A stretch of 60,362 nt of DNA, filler included, from Hausera hauseri (taxonomy: Eukaryota): NCBI GenBank assembly GCA_046269625.1. It is 12 parts of 12 records of this genome, joined end to end, with 100 filler letters (N's around TTAATTAATTAA, not from the genome) between each part and the next. Parts side by side here need not be neighbours in the genome. Positions count along the whole stretch, not along the records: positions 13,427 to 18,625 come from JBJURY010309387.1; positions 18,726 to 22,957 come from JBJURY010686105.1; positions 23,058 to 28,133 come from JBJURY010343268.1; 9 more parts are not named here. The stretch is one strand, 5' to 3'. Position 1 is the first letter of the stretch. The number at the start of each line of letters is the position of its first letter. Below are positions 13,566-26,035 of this stretch, one piece after another. A program made the position numbers and the translations under genes. Below the pieces are notes generated by a model. The model saw nothing but the letters and a program-made list of their open reading frames with translations. It was not told where the DNA came from and did not search any database.

Positions 13566-16500
13566 TGGCGCCACAACGGTACACGGTAAATGGGCCTACG
13601 TTTGTCCCGGTTGTTTTATAGTTGATGAAATCAACTATGAAAAATTCTACAACGTTCACAAGAACCACTTGAACCAGTTTCAGAGGTCCAAAAAAGAAAT
13701 ATTAATGGACACAGCAAGAAGCAGCAGGAAACGTCAAGCATCAGCAAGTCTTGACGAATACTTTCAAAACAGCAGAAGTGAGAATGGGCAGCAGCAGCAG
13801 GAACGTGAACCGCCCTTTACTGTCAAGTACGACCTGAACAGATCGTACGTGGATATGAAAGTGGACATGTCGGCGAAAACAGCAACGCAATTGAAGGATG
13901 TACCCGCTAATGTGCGTAACCAGTTGGAATCAGAGGTGGCCAAATTCCCACAACACCACTGCAAAGTGCAATATTATGCACTGGCAGAATTTGAAAATCT
14001 GCAGGGTGACAGGAAACAATGGTACCTGTCACATCGAGCCGTACTATAAGCTGAGGATTTTATTGCCGATGTAGGCTAAAAGCATAACGAAAAAATCGTC
14101 GTCTACACCTAAAAGGGCAGTGGTTGGCGAATTGTAAAGATTGTCACTCTCGGCTTTATTCTGACCAAGACGAGTGACATGATTTACCTGTCTCGACGTT
14201 CATTCATACCGACACCTGCACCCTTGAAGCAGTCTCTGGTGGTAGTGAATGTACAAAATACTAACGACGAATACTGCTTTATTTGCAGCATTCTGGCCAT
14301 ATTGAAATATGATCAAGTGTCCAGACATCATGCAAATTGTCCAAAGCAGTACTGTAGGTAATTCTCAGAATTGGACTGCGACGATTGTTGGATGGCGATG
14401 AAACTCAAAACCAATTCGGCTTTTAAACGGCGTAATCCGACACTGGCAATCAATGTGTTTCGGTTCAACACAATCGTAGAGATATCGGTGTATGAGGAAA
14501 TTTACATGAATCCTCACGTGGACATAATTTACCGTAGTAGAAATCCAATTGGACGCCCAGTAAATTTGTTGCTGTTGGAGAATGAAGAAAAATTTCATTA
14601 CACGGCCTTGACCAATTTGGAAAGATTGTTGAACATGCAGCATGACCAGTTCATAAAAAAGTGTATACGGTGCAAATGGTGTCCCGTGTGTCTGCATGGA
14701 TTCCGGTCAAATGAGACATGGGAAAAGCATGTGGCTCTGTGCAGGCAAACTTCGTCAGGAACCACAATGTATGTTATGCCAGTCAAAAAGGAGTGGAGAT
14801 TTAGTGACTGGTCCAAGACGGACAGTCCTGCATATGTGGTGTATGCCGATATCGAAGCAATTCTACCACGGCACAATGTATACGATCAAAAGCACGTTCA
14901 GACTACAATGGAGAATACCTGTCACTGTCTGCTCGTATTAACCGGTTCCAGGTACGCTTCCTCGATTCATTGCAATTTCTCAATGAATCTCTGGCAAAGC
15001 TGGTAAATGCCTTGCCATGTGTCGCTAGCACTGACGCAGTTCCCTGCACATATTTCACGTAGCAAAGGCATATTTCCATGACTTTGTAACATCATTTGAG
15101 CGACTCTGGACAGCAGAGGAATTACCGCCGCGAAGAACAGGTGTCGCAAAAGATGAATATCGGAGAGCACAAGAATCTTGGACAGAAGTGGTCTGTAGAA
15201 ACATGTTGGATTACATGCTGCAGTATCTTAAACTGGACGTGTACTTATTAGCTGACGTGTTCGAAGCATTTTGGACCAAAGAGCCGGCGGAAGATAGGTT
15301 GGAGCCACTCAACTTTTATTCCATATCGGGAATTAGTTGGGCGTCAGCTCTAATGTCATTGGATTGAGACATTGAGCTGTTGCAAGACCCGGAAATGTAC
15401 CGGCTGTTTGATAATGGTATTTGCGGTGGCATGACATTTGTCAACAAGCATCAGGTCAGTGCTATCGATATAATATCGCTGCTGTATATTGATATTAATA
15501 AGCTGTACAGGAGGGCGCTTTCGCAACCATTCCGTACGGTTATTTTTGAATGGCTAGTCGACAGACAAGATCTGGACGTCATAATGGTCAACCTACCATG
15601 AGCAGACATGGCAGGTTCAGTCGGATACCTGATGGAGGTCGATTTCGCGATACCAGATGAGCTGCATGACGTTTTGGACGATTTACCGATCGCACCATTT
15701 AACCAATGTCCGCCAGGCTCAAAAGTGAAGAAACTGCTCATGATGCATGAGCCGAAGCTGAATTATGTGGTCCGTCGGCGTCTACTACAGTTCTACATGA
15801 AGCACGGTGTACGTGTCATACAGCTGCATCGTGCAATCCGACTTGCTCAGGCTCCCATATTTAAGGCGTACATAGATGGACATTCGGACAAACGAGCCGC
15901 AGCTTGTACAAAGTTCGAAAAGGACTACTACAAGCTGAAAAAGAATTATCTGTACGGCAAAGCAGTGGGGAATCTGAAAAGGCAGCTCAATGTGCGCTTA
16001 TGTAACTCAGAAAAGCGGCTGGTTACGTATACCAGCATGGCACCGTTTTGGCGGTCAATGTTCATTGCCGGTGGATTGGTTGCCGTGCTTTTAAACAGGG
16101 AAAAAGTCGTACTGGATCTGCCACGTTATATAGGATAAGTGGTATTGGATCTGAGCAAGGTGCGGATGTACGAGCTGCAGTATCGCGATTTGACTCTACC
16201 GGCAAATGTTCGGCGGCGGATGCAATATCAATATAACTGCCGGTGACACAGATAGAGTTTTCTTGGAAGTGGAAAACATCAATCGCGAACAACTACTGCG
16301 CTAAATGATGGCAGACGGATTACTGGACACGTTTAATTACCCACAGAATCATCCATTGTACAAAAGCGCCATTACATAATAGGCTGCTTGAAGGATGAAT
16401 GTGAAGGTCGTGTCCGGTATCGGGAATGGATATTCTGACGGACTGTGGACCGAAAATGCGGGCAAAAGGAATCCAGCTGAGACAGACGGAAATCGGCCAC

Positions 16501-16701
16501 GGTGATTATCGCCGTATATATGAAGCAGCAGCAGAAGGAGGACAATTAGTGGCTATTTTGTTTCAAACGACCATTAGATCATTTGAGCACTAGCTGTATA
16601 CAATAACTAGTGCGAAAGTCGCTGTGTCATGCAGCTATGATAAGCAAAAGTTGGTGGGGCCAAATAAGAGTTGGGCGTATGGATATTGGAGGTTGAAATA
16701 A
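13565..16701 (+). pseudogene. Polinton protein-primed DNA polymerase B, family 1 (frameshifted, about 440-bp internal deletion)
   Basis: VVYADIEAIL (ExoI), SKGIFP, YLKLDVYLLADVF, GICGGM, YIDINKLY, KLKKNYLYGK, AGDTD. Confidence 0.92.
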
Positions 16702-16956
16702 AACACATTCGGTGGTGTCAGATCAGATCAGATACAGGCAATTCAATCTGGTCTGGATATTGTGACAATTATTGGCAATTATCTTTCGTACATTGTTTTA
16801 TTTCAATGTTCATAATGTACTTTATTCATTATCTTTTGTGCTTTGTTTTCGGTTACTTACATAACATATTATTATTAAGTAAAACAATAACCTTGTACGA
16901 GAAAACAAAATATGTAACACGAATACATTTATTTATTGATCGGAGAAAAACTAAAA

Positions 16957-17439
16957 TCAGAAAAACACAAAATCAGTAAAATCATAATAAACTTCCCCCA
17001 TTTTCCATATTGCGGATTTGACGCCTCTCCTTTCCCTGAATTCTTTGACCTTTAGTGTCAGGTAGCCTTTAGTTCCTTCCCGTGGCAAAACTGCCTATGC
17101 TGTTTCACCGCCATGTGAACTGATATTTTTTGCCATATTTTCTCTGAAAAAAATTAACGATGTGTCTCGGATACCGTTATTCAACACCATATCACTGTCA
17201 ACTTTTCTAATTGTCTTCCATTGTATCCAAATCATCGACTCTGATCTTTTCACCAATAGACCATATTTCACCGGTTTGATTTTGACCGTTTGCGTCAATG
17301 ACAATTGAATAGCGTTGCGCAGATAATGTAAATTGTATTTATTATACAACCAGAAATTTCTGAGCGAATATTCGTTGTACCTTGGCTTTTTTGAGAGAAT
17401 CCCGGAACTGTCACCAGCTGAATTGTTTTCCAAAGGCAT
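16957..17439 (-). pseudogene. Polinton accessory ORF of the KSPIW family (putative OB-fold/SSB-like), one premature TAG
   Basis: The frame of 17095-17439 continues past TAG into GYLTLKVKEFRERRGVKSAIWKM; similar to 19960-20345, 48740-49120 and 37748-37815. Confidence 0.5.
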
Positions 17440-17604
17440 TGTTTAAAGAAGACAAACGTGAAATGAAATTGCATCCATATTTATAGTAAACTTGTTTATA
17501 CAGGTTTGCTTTCATTGTAAACAATAGATATTTACTTTGTGAGTATTGTCTTATCAGAATGATACAAATTAGCTCCACGTCATTGATCTGTCCCGATATT
17601 GAAG

Positions 17605-18081
17605 TCATTCGTAATGAATGTGTACAATTTCCATTGTTTCACATCTACATTCTGGACATTGCTGGGTTACTTTAGTGGAACACATTTGACAAACAACGAG
17701 ATGGCTGCACATGAAGAATACCGTATCCACTTTTCTTTGTTTACATAGTACACACATAAACTGACAGACTCGTACTTTGCCCATTATTTTCTCTTTCAAG
17801 TTCGTTAATTCACCGCGTACCTTTTCAACAGTATTAAAGTAATGTGTATCATACAATCGGTGAATGTACATTTGATTTAACACAATAATTAGATTTTCTA
17901 TAGAGCTGCAATCTGCTGTTGTTGTCATCAAGGCTATTGACGCTAAATCTTTCTTAAGTCAAAAATGACCTGCTACTCTCGCAACCAGATCACTATCAAT
18001 TACCAGTCACCATCGTACCAAGTCTGAAATTGATAATCCATCAAAATTTTGCAATTGCTTCAATTGATTAACTATTTCCAT
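17605..18081 (-). pseudogene. RING finger (C3HC4, IAP/MDM2-type) protein, probable Polinton accessory E3 ligase
   Basis: C-terminal CVLCKQRKVDTVFFMCSHLVVCQMCSTKVTQQCPECR; frame extends to ATG 18081 through two stops; TATAAATA about 32 nt upstream. Confidence 0.8.
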
Positions 18082-18196
18082 GATAATGATTATTATTACT
18101 ACAACCTACCCGTATTTATAATTTTTTAACTATTCAACTGACCAATACGGCTAAACATGTCACGGGCCTTATTTACAGAAAGAAACAAAAATACTT

Positions 18197-18625
18197 TTAT
18201 TTGCATGAAATATAGTCAATACAAAGCCGTAGACATTTTTTGTAAGCACAATGCGGTCCACGACCATGATACGGACATATAGTATTGTCAGGTACCATCG
18301 TCAGCGAGATGTTCGATGTTGAATACATCGTCATTTGAAACTCGGGAAACTGTGAATAGAGTTGTGTAAACTTTTGTCCATCAATTTGATATTTAATGTA
18401 AAATATTGTATTTTAAATGCCAAACGATCGCAAATCTCTCAGAAAATTGAATTGCCTTCATACCAATGAAGTCCATGTCAATGTCGAAAGACAAGTCCAT
18501 TTGTAAATTTCGCTTTCTCCGTCAGGTCATTCTGCACAATACCGGGCATGAATACGTACACAAGCGGTTTGAAAATGTTACCGACGTCCATAATGCATAA
18601 TTCCTTTATTATGTACCGGGCATTA
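18197..18625 (-). pseudogene. DEDD/DnaQ-like exonuclease-type accessory gene of the Polinton
   Basis: YIIKELCIMD...VYVFMP...N..V...HGLHWYEG and C-terminal CPYHGRGPHCA; pattern recalled from Polinton and insect-virus accessory proteins. Confidence 0.55.
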
Positions 18626-18725
18626 NNNNNNNNNNNNNNNNNNNNNNNNNNNNNNNNNNNNNNNNNNNNTTAATTAATTAANNNNNNNNNNNNNNNNNNN
18701 NNNNNNNNNNNNNNNNNNNNNNNNN

Positions 18726-19023
18726 TTGTTTTGTTGCCTCTTGAAATAAATCGTCAATGACAATAACGTCACCATTGCGTAATCTCTCTGACCAGTTCTC
18801 ATCAAACCCATCAATCACCGTAATAGGTTTCAGTTTACAAAATTCCCCATGTGTCAAACCGGACTTACCATCATCACCAACACCCTCATGCCAGTATATG
18901 TAATTGTATTGCGGTGAATGGAACATGTCACGGTAGTTCTGCAACAGTTTAAACACAAAATGTGTTTTGCCACTTCTACTGGGGCCTACACACTGGAAAA
19001 TTGCATTATTCTGCAGCTTAACC
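18726..19023 (-). CDS. Polinton A32/FtsK-like genome packaging ATPase (N-terminal part)
   Basis: Walker A GPSRSGKT (about 18961-18987) and Walker B VIVIDD. Confidence 0.9.
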
Positions 19024-19109
19024 TAAATAACACAACTTTGCCTCACATGATTTGTTTATAATCATGTTACACGCATATAAATAGCTACTGTATAAACACT
19101 GTTTCCATA

Positions 19110-19514
19110 ATGTTAGCTAATATCAACTATCGCGGACATGTTACCGAGTTTGACATTAACACACTACCTTTTAATCAATGGAAGCCGATGCAGTATGTTC
19201 TCAAGTGTCTACCGGATTTTACACGCATCATATTTCAATCGGCAAAGTGTCGTATTATGAATTGTCACAAACCAATCACAGCTGGCAACAATAACTGTAA
19301 ACTACTACCATTCAGAATTGTCATTGACCAAATCCAATCAATATCGGTAACGACTCATTTAGACTGTCTATCAATAAATCTGTACAAATTAGCAATGACC
19401 GCTGCTGAATGTAAGTATGAACCCAAACTGTTTCCTGCACTGAGACTGACATCGTTTCGCCCACTTCGTATCAATGTGTTTAGAAGTGGAAATACTGTGG
19501 TATCTAGACAGTGA
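19110..19514 (+). CDS. TATA-binding-protein-like protein encoded in the Polinton
   Basis: Both TBP half-repeat motifs are present: IIFQSAKCRIM, and IQSISVT...INLYKL...YEPKLFPAL...INVFRSG (TBP: LIFSSGKMVCTG / YEPELFPGL / LIFVSGKVVLTG). Confidence 0.8.
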   Translation: MLANINYRGHVTEFDINTLPFNQWKPMQYVLKCLPDFTRIIFQSAKCRIMNCHKPITAGNNNCKLLPFRIVIDQIQSISVTTHLDCLSINLYKLAMTAAECKYEPKLFPALRLTSFRPLRINVFRSGNTVVSRQ

Positions 19515-19864
19515 ACTATGAACCAATTATTAATCAGATTAAAAACCATATAAATGTTTTAATGAACAAAAATAATGTACCTTGCACAAAGACAGACTAT
19601 AAATACCATTCCCATGCTCATTCAGACATTACTGCCATGGAAGAAGACAACGATAAAGCAATTCTACTCAATGATGCCAATGATGAAAGCTCAGATTGGT
19701 CGTGGCTGTTTGGCTACAAAAAGGACAATTATAATATCAGACTGCTGGAAATGAAAACAGGACCTGTTCAAAAATTAGAAATACTTTTAATGGCAATTGT
19801 CCGAAGGGCGATTGTCTGGAAACGAAAAAGGAACTTGCTCAGAAATCATCAAAACCGAGGTTAA
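19511..19864 (+). CDS. Unknown Polinton ORF between the TBP-like and KSPIW-family genes (probably frameshifted)
   Basis: 117-aa ORF; its 3' region is homologous to 49120-49230 on the minus strand. Confidence 0.35.
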   Translation: MNYEPIINQIKNHINVLMNKNNVPCTKTDYKYHSHAHSDITAMEEDNDKAILLNDANDESSDWSWLFGYKKDNYNIRLLEMKTGPVQKLEILLMAIVRRAIVWKRKRNLLRNHQNRG

Positions 19865-19959
19865 AAATGGCAAAATGCAACGATTGGAATACATAAACGA
19901 AAATCAAAACCGTCGTGCCAAACATAGACATTTTTACCGAAACGAATTTTTTGCAAGTA

Positions 19960-20345
19960 TGAAATGCATTTTCTGCATAAGCACATACTGATTTCATTGA
20001 ATGATCCCGTATCTCTATGTGCACCCAAGTACAGCTATCGTGTAAAACGGCTTTCGGGTGAAAATTTGGATAAACTTTCTAATGCTCTGCATTAACTAAA
20101 CGTAGATTTAAAGTTGAACGAAAGGACCGTGCAACAGCAATCTGTCGTTTTACCGGCTCAGAAAATGAAATGGTTTGATTTTATCGGTCGTAAAATGTCT
20201 CATGTACCCGTTGATGATTGTGGTTTAAAGTGCCGACTGAATATTTAATTACAAAAATACAAAGGAAAAGCCGGTATCAAAAGCCCGATTTAGCGTGTAG
20301 CTGAAGCACATTTTAATTATCAAAAATTTTTGTTTTACCGTTTTT
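19960..20345 (+). pseudogene. KSPIW-family Polinton accessory ORF (putative SSB-like)
   Basis: ISLNDPVSLCAPKYSYRVKR...CRLNI*LQKYKGKAGIKSPI*RVAEAH; second copy at 48740-49120. Confidence 0.5.
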
Positions 20346-20422
20346 CTTCTTTTTCTTTATTCAACCCAATTAACGAATATAAAGGTACGTGTAATTTTAA
20401 TATTGGCATAAGAATAATCATA

Positions 20423-20490
20423 ATGAATGATATAAAGATTATCTTAACAAACGAAAATGCCTTTGTACCGGGACGTGTTACAGCAAACAG
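20423..20490 (+). pseudogene. dut: dUTPase 5' stub, truncated by an inverted PolB segment
   Basis: MNDIKIILTNENAFVPGRVTAN matches the start of the dUTPase at 48445-48648. Confidence 0.7.
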
Positions 20491-22957
20491 ACCGCCGAAA
20501 CTGCGCCTTACTTGCGTACGTACCCAATCTCTTTTCTCTATTGCATATGTGTACATTGAACCGCTTTTTCATATTTTCCACTGTTTTTCCGTACAGGGAA
20601 TTGTTTTTCAGTTTGTAGTAGTTCTTTTCGAACTTATGCAAGCTGCGGATCTTTTCTCCGAATTTCCATCTATGTACGCTTTGAATATGGGAGCCTGAGT
20701 AAATCGGATTGCACGATTCAGCTGTGTGACACGTACACCGACCTGCATATAGAACTGTAGTAGACGCCAATGGACCACGTAATTCAGCTTCGATTCATGC
20801 GTCATGAGCAGTTTCTTCACTTTTCAACCTGGCGCACACAGGTTAAATGATGCGACCGGTATATTGTCCAAAACGTCATGCAGCTCATCTGGTACCACAA
20901 GATCGACCTCCATCAGGTATACGACTGAGCCTGCCATGTCTGCTCGTGGTAACCTAACCACTATGTCGTCCAAATATTGTCTATTGACTATCCATTCAAA
21001 TGAACCGCACGGCAAGGGTTGTGAAAGCGCCCAGTCGTAGGGCTTATTAATATCAATATACAGGAATGATGAGGTATCGGTAGCACTGACCTGGTACGTG
21101 TTGACAAATGTCATGCAGCCACGGTTACCAACATGAAACAGTCGGTACATTTCCGGATTTTCCAGTAGCTCAATGTCTAGAGCAGTAACATTAGAGCTGA
21201 CCGAAACTCATTCCAGCCTATCTTCAGCCAATGCTTTCGCTCTAAACACTTCGAACACATCGGGTAATAAGTACACGTCCAGTTTAAGATACTGGAGCAT
21301 GTAATCCAACATATTTCTACAGCCGAGTTCTGTCCAAACCCTCTATGCTTTCTTTTATTCATCCTCTGCAATACCCGTCCATCGCGGCGGTAATTCCTCT
21401 GCTGACCGGAGCCGCTCATACGAAGTTGCAAAGTATTATGGAAATATGCCTTTGCTGCATGACATATGTGCGGGGAACTGTGTCAGTGCTATTGGCTCCT
21501 CTGGCAAGACATTTATTAGCTTTGCCAATAATTCATTGAGAAATTTCAATGAATCAAAGAAGCGTACCTTAAACCGGTTTATACGATCAGACAGTGACAG
21601 GTATTTCTTCATCGTAGTCGGAATTATGGATAGTTCCCAGTGCAAAAATCCGTTTATTGCCCATTTCAAAACGTGGTCAAAATCATAACCCCTGAAGTTA
21701 TGAAATACCACTGGTAAGAATGGCTGCACACGCCGTGCCAAATTTCATGAATTATATGCTGCTCCGAGATATGGAACAATAAAATTACCGTGATCCGATA
21801 CAAGCCGTTCCTGTGCATCAAGCGGTAATATTTTGTGGCACAGATAACATTCATCTGTGAATGCAAACGTCAGGCGTTCGTCTTCATCTGTCTACATCAA
21901 GAGTTTATTGCTATTTCTACTGTACCAGGGTTTCATTTCAGTTTCCACTATGCTTTGCAACTGCTGCAAGAAATCGCGTACACAATTCCATCTGTGGAAA
22001 ACATAATTTTGAGGTTGATCTGCAGCTTTTATTGGGACAACCAACATACCGACGGCGATTTTAATATCTTTTTGGTCATATATGTTGTGCCGTGGTAAGA
22101 TAGCTTCGATAGTTGAACCTGAGTTCCTGTTTGACGGGCATGACATACATTGTGGTTCCTAAAGAATTTCCTCTGCACAGAGTCACATGTTTCTTCCATG
22201 TTGTTTCCGACCTGAATCAATGAAGACATACAGGACGCCATTTACACTGTATCCGTTTTTGGAGGAAATATTTATGCTCCATGTTCAGTAGTCTGTCCAG
22301 ATTTGTCACGGCCACGTAATGGTACTTTACTTTTTGTTCCAGTCGCAAAAAATATACTGAGCGGCCATTTGGGTTCCGACTATGATAGATTATATCCACA
22401 TGAGGATTTTTGTAAATTTCTTCATCCGCCGGTATTTCTAGGATAGTGTTGTGCCAAAACACGTTGATTGCCACTGTCGGATTACGCCGTTCAAAATCCG
22501 GAATGGATTTCAGTTTCATCCGCATCCAGCCTTCATCGAAATCCAATTAGGAAATATATTTCTGATACTGTTTTGGACTATATGCACTATGTCTGTCCAC
22601 TTTGTCATATTTCAATACCGCCAGAATACTGTAAAGAGAACGATAATCATCGTTAGTATTTTTTACATTCACTACCACCAGAGACTGCTTCAGAGCTACA
22701 GGTATCGCTATGAATGATCGTCCAGACAAATATATTATGTTACTTAACTTTGTTATGATAAAGCAGAGGGTGACAATCCGTATAATTCGCCATCCACTAC
22801 CCTTTTCCCTGTAGTTGACGATTTTCGCCTCGAGCTTTTTGCCAATCTCAGCGATAATATCCTCGATATATGGTACAGCTCGATGTGACAATACCATTGT
22901 TTCCTGTCGCCTTGCACGTTTTCAAATTCTACAAGTGCATAATACTGCACTTTGCAG
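20490..22957 (-). pseudogene. Polinton PolB, family 1
   Basis: VVFHNFRGYD (ExoII), FFDSLKFL, SKGIFP, YIDINKPY, KLKNNSLYGKTVEN; homologous to 13565-16701. Confidence 0.92.
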
Positions 22958-23057
22958 NNNNNNNNNNNNNNNNNNNNNNNNNNNNNNNNNNNNNNNNNNN
23001 NTTAATTAATTAANNNNNNNNNNNNNNNNNNNNNNNNNNNNNNNNNNNNNNNNNNNN

Positions 23058-24235
23058 ACCACGGTGGGATTTCCGTTTCCACTATCGTTTCCAACTGTTG
23101 CAGCAAATCGCTCATACAGTTTCAGCCATGAAAAATGTAATATTTCAGTTGTCCGGCGGCTTTTATTCCAACAACCAGCATACCGACAGCTAGTGGAAAT
23201 TTGCTTTTGGTCGTACACGTTGTGCCGCGGTAGAATTGCCTCGATATCAGCATATACCACATATGTCGGACTGTTTGTTTTCTACATATCACTGAATCTC
23301 AGCTCCTTTTGGACTGGTATGACGTACATTGTTGTCCCTGATGGATTTTGTCTGCACAGCGCCATATGTTTTCCCATGTCGTTTTTGACTTGAAACCATG
23401 CAGACATGCAGAGCACCATTTACAACTTATATGCTTTTTGATAAATTGGTGGTAATCCGTGTACAGCAGTCAGTCAAAATTGGTTATTGCAACGTAGTGA
23501 AATTTATCTGCTTGCTCCAACAGCAACAAATTGCCGTAGCGTCCATTCGGGTTCCGACTGCGATTAATTATTTTCACGTGTGGATTTTTGTACCTCTTCA
23601 TCTGCTGGTATTTCTGCGATTGTGTTGTACCGGAACATGTTGATTATCAGTGTCGGATTACAACGTTCCAAAATCGGAATTGTTTTGAGTTTTGTTGCCA
23701 TCCAACACTCGTTGTAGTCCAATTCTGAGAAATACTTACTGTACTGCTTTAGACAATTTGCATAATGTCTGGACACTTTATCATATTTCAATACCTCCAG
23801 AATGCTGTAAATAAAACAGTATTCGTCGTTAGTATTTTGTACATTGACTACCGCCAGAGACTGCTTCAAGGATGCAGGTGTCGGTATGAATGAACGTCCA
23901 GACAGGTAAATCATGTCACTCGTCTTGGTCAGAATAAAGCCGAGAGTGACAATATTTAAAATTCGCCAACCATTGCCTTTTTCGGCATAGTTGCCGATTT
24001 CTTCGTCAAGCTTTTCGCCTACCTTGGCAATAAAATCGTCAGAGTATGGTACGTCTCGATGTAAAAGGTACAATTGTTTCCTGTCACCCTTAAGATTTTC
24101 AAATTCTGCAAGTGTATAATATTGCACTTTGCATTGGTGTTGTTGGAATTTGGCCACCTGATTCCAACCGGTAACGCACATTAGCAGGTACATCCTTCAA
24201 TAGCGTTGCTGTTTTCGCCGACATGTCCACACGGA
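23058..24235 (-). pseudogene. Polinton PolB N-terminal half, family 1
   Basis: GNGWRILNIVTL, SFIPTPASLKQSLAVVNVQNTNDEYCFIYSIL, VYADIEAIL. Confidence 0.9.
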
Positions 24236-24526
24236 TAGTTGTTCATTGACCTTACACAACAGTGTCGCGATGACATGCGTGTACGAACAGACATTTTCAA
24301 TCAGAAAGCTGTGTGTCTAAGCAAATTCGAAAATCGACGACATGGTCGTGATAAAATGAAGAATTTCCGAAAAACAATTGTTAAACGTAAAGCTACCAAG
24401 CAGGTGCCCGGCAAGGAACGTGTATCAAAACGAACCGCTACAGTCAAACGATTAATCAATTCTATGCTTCAAACAAAAGCAGCATCAACTAAACGCAAAT
24501 TACCGTCACAGTGGCAACGGTTATAA
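24236..24526 (+). pseudogene. Packaging ATPase C-terminal remnant running into a K/R-rich basic segment (ATG 24356)
   Basis: LFIDLTQQCRDDMRVRTDIF is typical of the Polinton ATPase C-terminus; followed by MKNFRKTIVKRKATK... Confidence 0.6.
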
Positions 24527-24552
24527 ACAACTACGTCTCATCAGCATCAATA

Positions 24553-24885
24553 CGTCGGAAAAAGCTATTCAAACGTAGTCGGCCAAACTTTATTGCTTTG
24601 CTCAAGACACCTACGATACATAAGCGAAACATGCTGCGATCATTCCCACAGTTTTTAGTAGACGACGTGATGAAAATTTTGTACAATATCGTTGTGCCTC
24701 ACGTTGACATTGGTAGTGGGAAGCGGAATTTACTAAAGTATTGAAAACGAGTCATTTGCCTTGTCAACGCTCGTAGTAAACGACGGAAACGAGAGGTTAT
24801 GTACCAGCAAGACCGAGGATTCCTTGGTGCAATTCTACCGGTTGTCACGTCATTACTGGATGGACTTATTGGTGGAACAGTTTAG
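24553..24885 (+). pseudogene. Small conserved Polinton core/structural protein with a C-terminal QxGGFL-type amphipathic tail
   Basis: KILYNIV...KREVMYQQ..GFLGAILP; the copy at 49715-50040 reads QKDGGFLCAILPLFTSLL. Confidence 0.6.
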
Positions 24886-25020
24886 TATAAACAATGATGG
24901 TAAGTATATGATGATTTGTGATATGGGTGCATGGTTTTCATCTTTCTGTCCCAGTTTACCGAATCTTTCATTTACGTTTCGCTGAAATTGTTGCAATGGG
25001 AGCAAACGACGACAACACTG

Positions 25021-26035
25021 ATGGGCGACGTGTGGTTCGATCCGCGTCATCCCGTCTGGTATACTGGCGTCAACAAACTGGCAAAGACTGTCAGACTCGG
25101 CAACAGATCCAACGTTGGCTCGGGAAACAGTTAGCATACAGCCTAAACAAACCGATACGAAGGCGGTTTCCAACTCGTGCATACCGTGCTGCCGGTGTAA
25201 ATAATGTATGGCAAATGGATCTGATGGAAATGATTCTGTACGCCAGCATCAACAATGGGTATCGGTACGTGCTGAAATGTGTTGATGTGTTTAGTCGTTT
25301 TGCTCGTGCAATTGCCGGGAAATCTAAATCTGGTAAAGAAATTGCCGACGCTGTTCAGACACTGATACAACAGCCGATGCATTTACAGACGGATTTGGGT
25401 AAGGAATTCTACAACGCTCACGTTGCAGCGGTCTTGAAACCGTTCGTCGTAAACCACTAATCGTGTTTTCCCAATACAAGGCTGCACTCGTTGAACGATT
25501 GAATCGATCATTGCGCGGTCACCTAAACAAATTCTTTACGAAGCAAGGGAACAAACGATGAGTAGATGGACTGCCGTATATTATGCATGCATACAATCAT
25601 TCGACACACCGTGGAATCAATGAAATGCGCCAGGTTGATGTAATCGATGATTTGGACATGTGGCTTTATCAAAACCAAACACAACAACAGACAATTAAAC
25701 GCCCAAAATACAAAATTGGTGCTTGCGTGAGTATTTCGAAAATAAGTACGACGCCATTCATGAAAAATTTCAATCAAAACTGTAGCAACGAGGTTTTCCG
25801 CATTTCGGCAATCAACACAACAAAAACCTGTCATGTATGTTTTAGAGGATGAAAACAGTGAGGAAATACGCGGTAAATTCTACGAACAGGAACTGCAGTT
25901 ACTGACCGAGAAACCCGATGTATATCGTATTCAGGAAATTCTACGTTCACGTGGCAAAGGTTTGAATAAACAATGTCTCGTCAAGTGGCACGGATACACT
26001 GCACCAAGTTGGATTTTTGCATCGCAGATTCAATG
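25021..26035 (+). pseudogene. Polinton integrase with C-terminal chromodomain
   Basis: WFDPRHP, WQMDLMEM, QTDLGKEFYN, KAALVERLNR, AYNHSTHRGI, GKFYEQELQ, CLVKWHGY..PSWI. Confidence 0.92.

Noticed and set aside
22957-23058. The two minus-strand PolB pieces flanking the linker as one gene
   Set aside because: Both cover the same N-terminal region with different sequences, so they are separate copies
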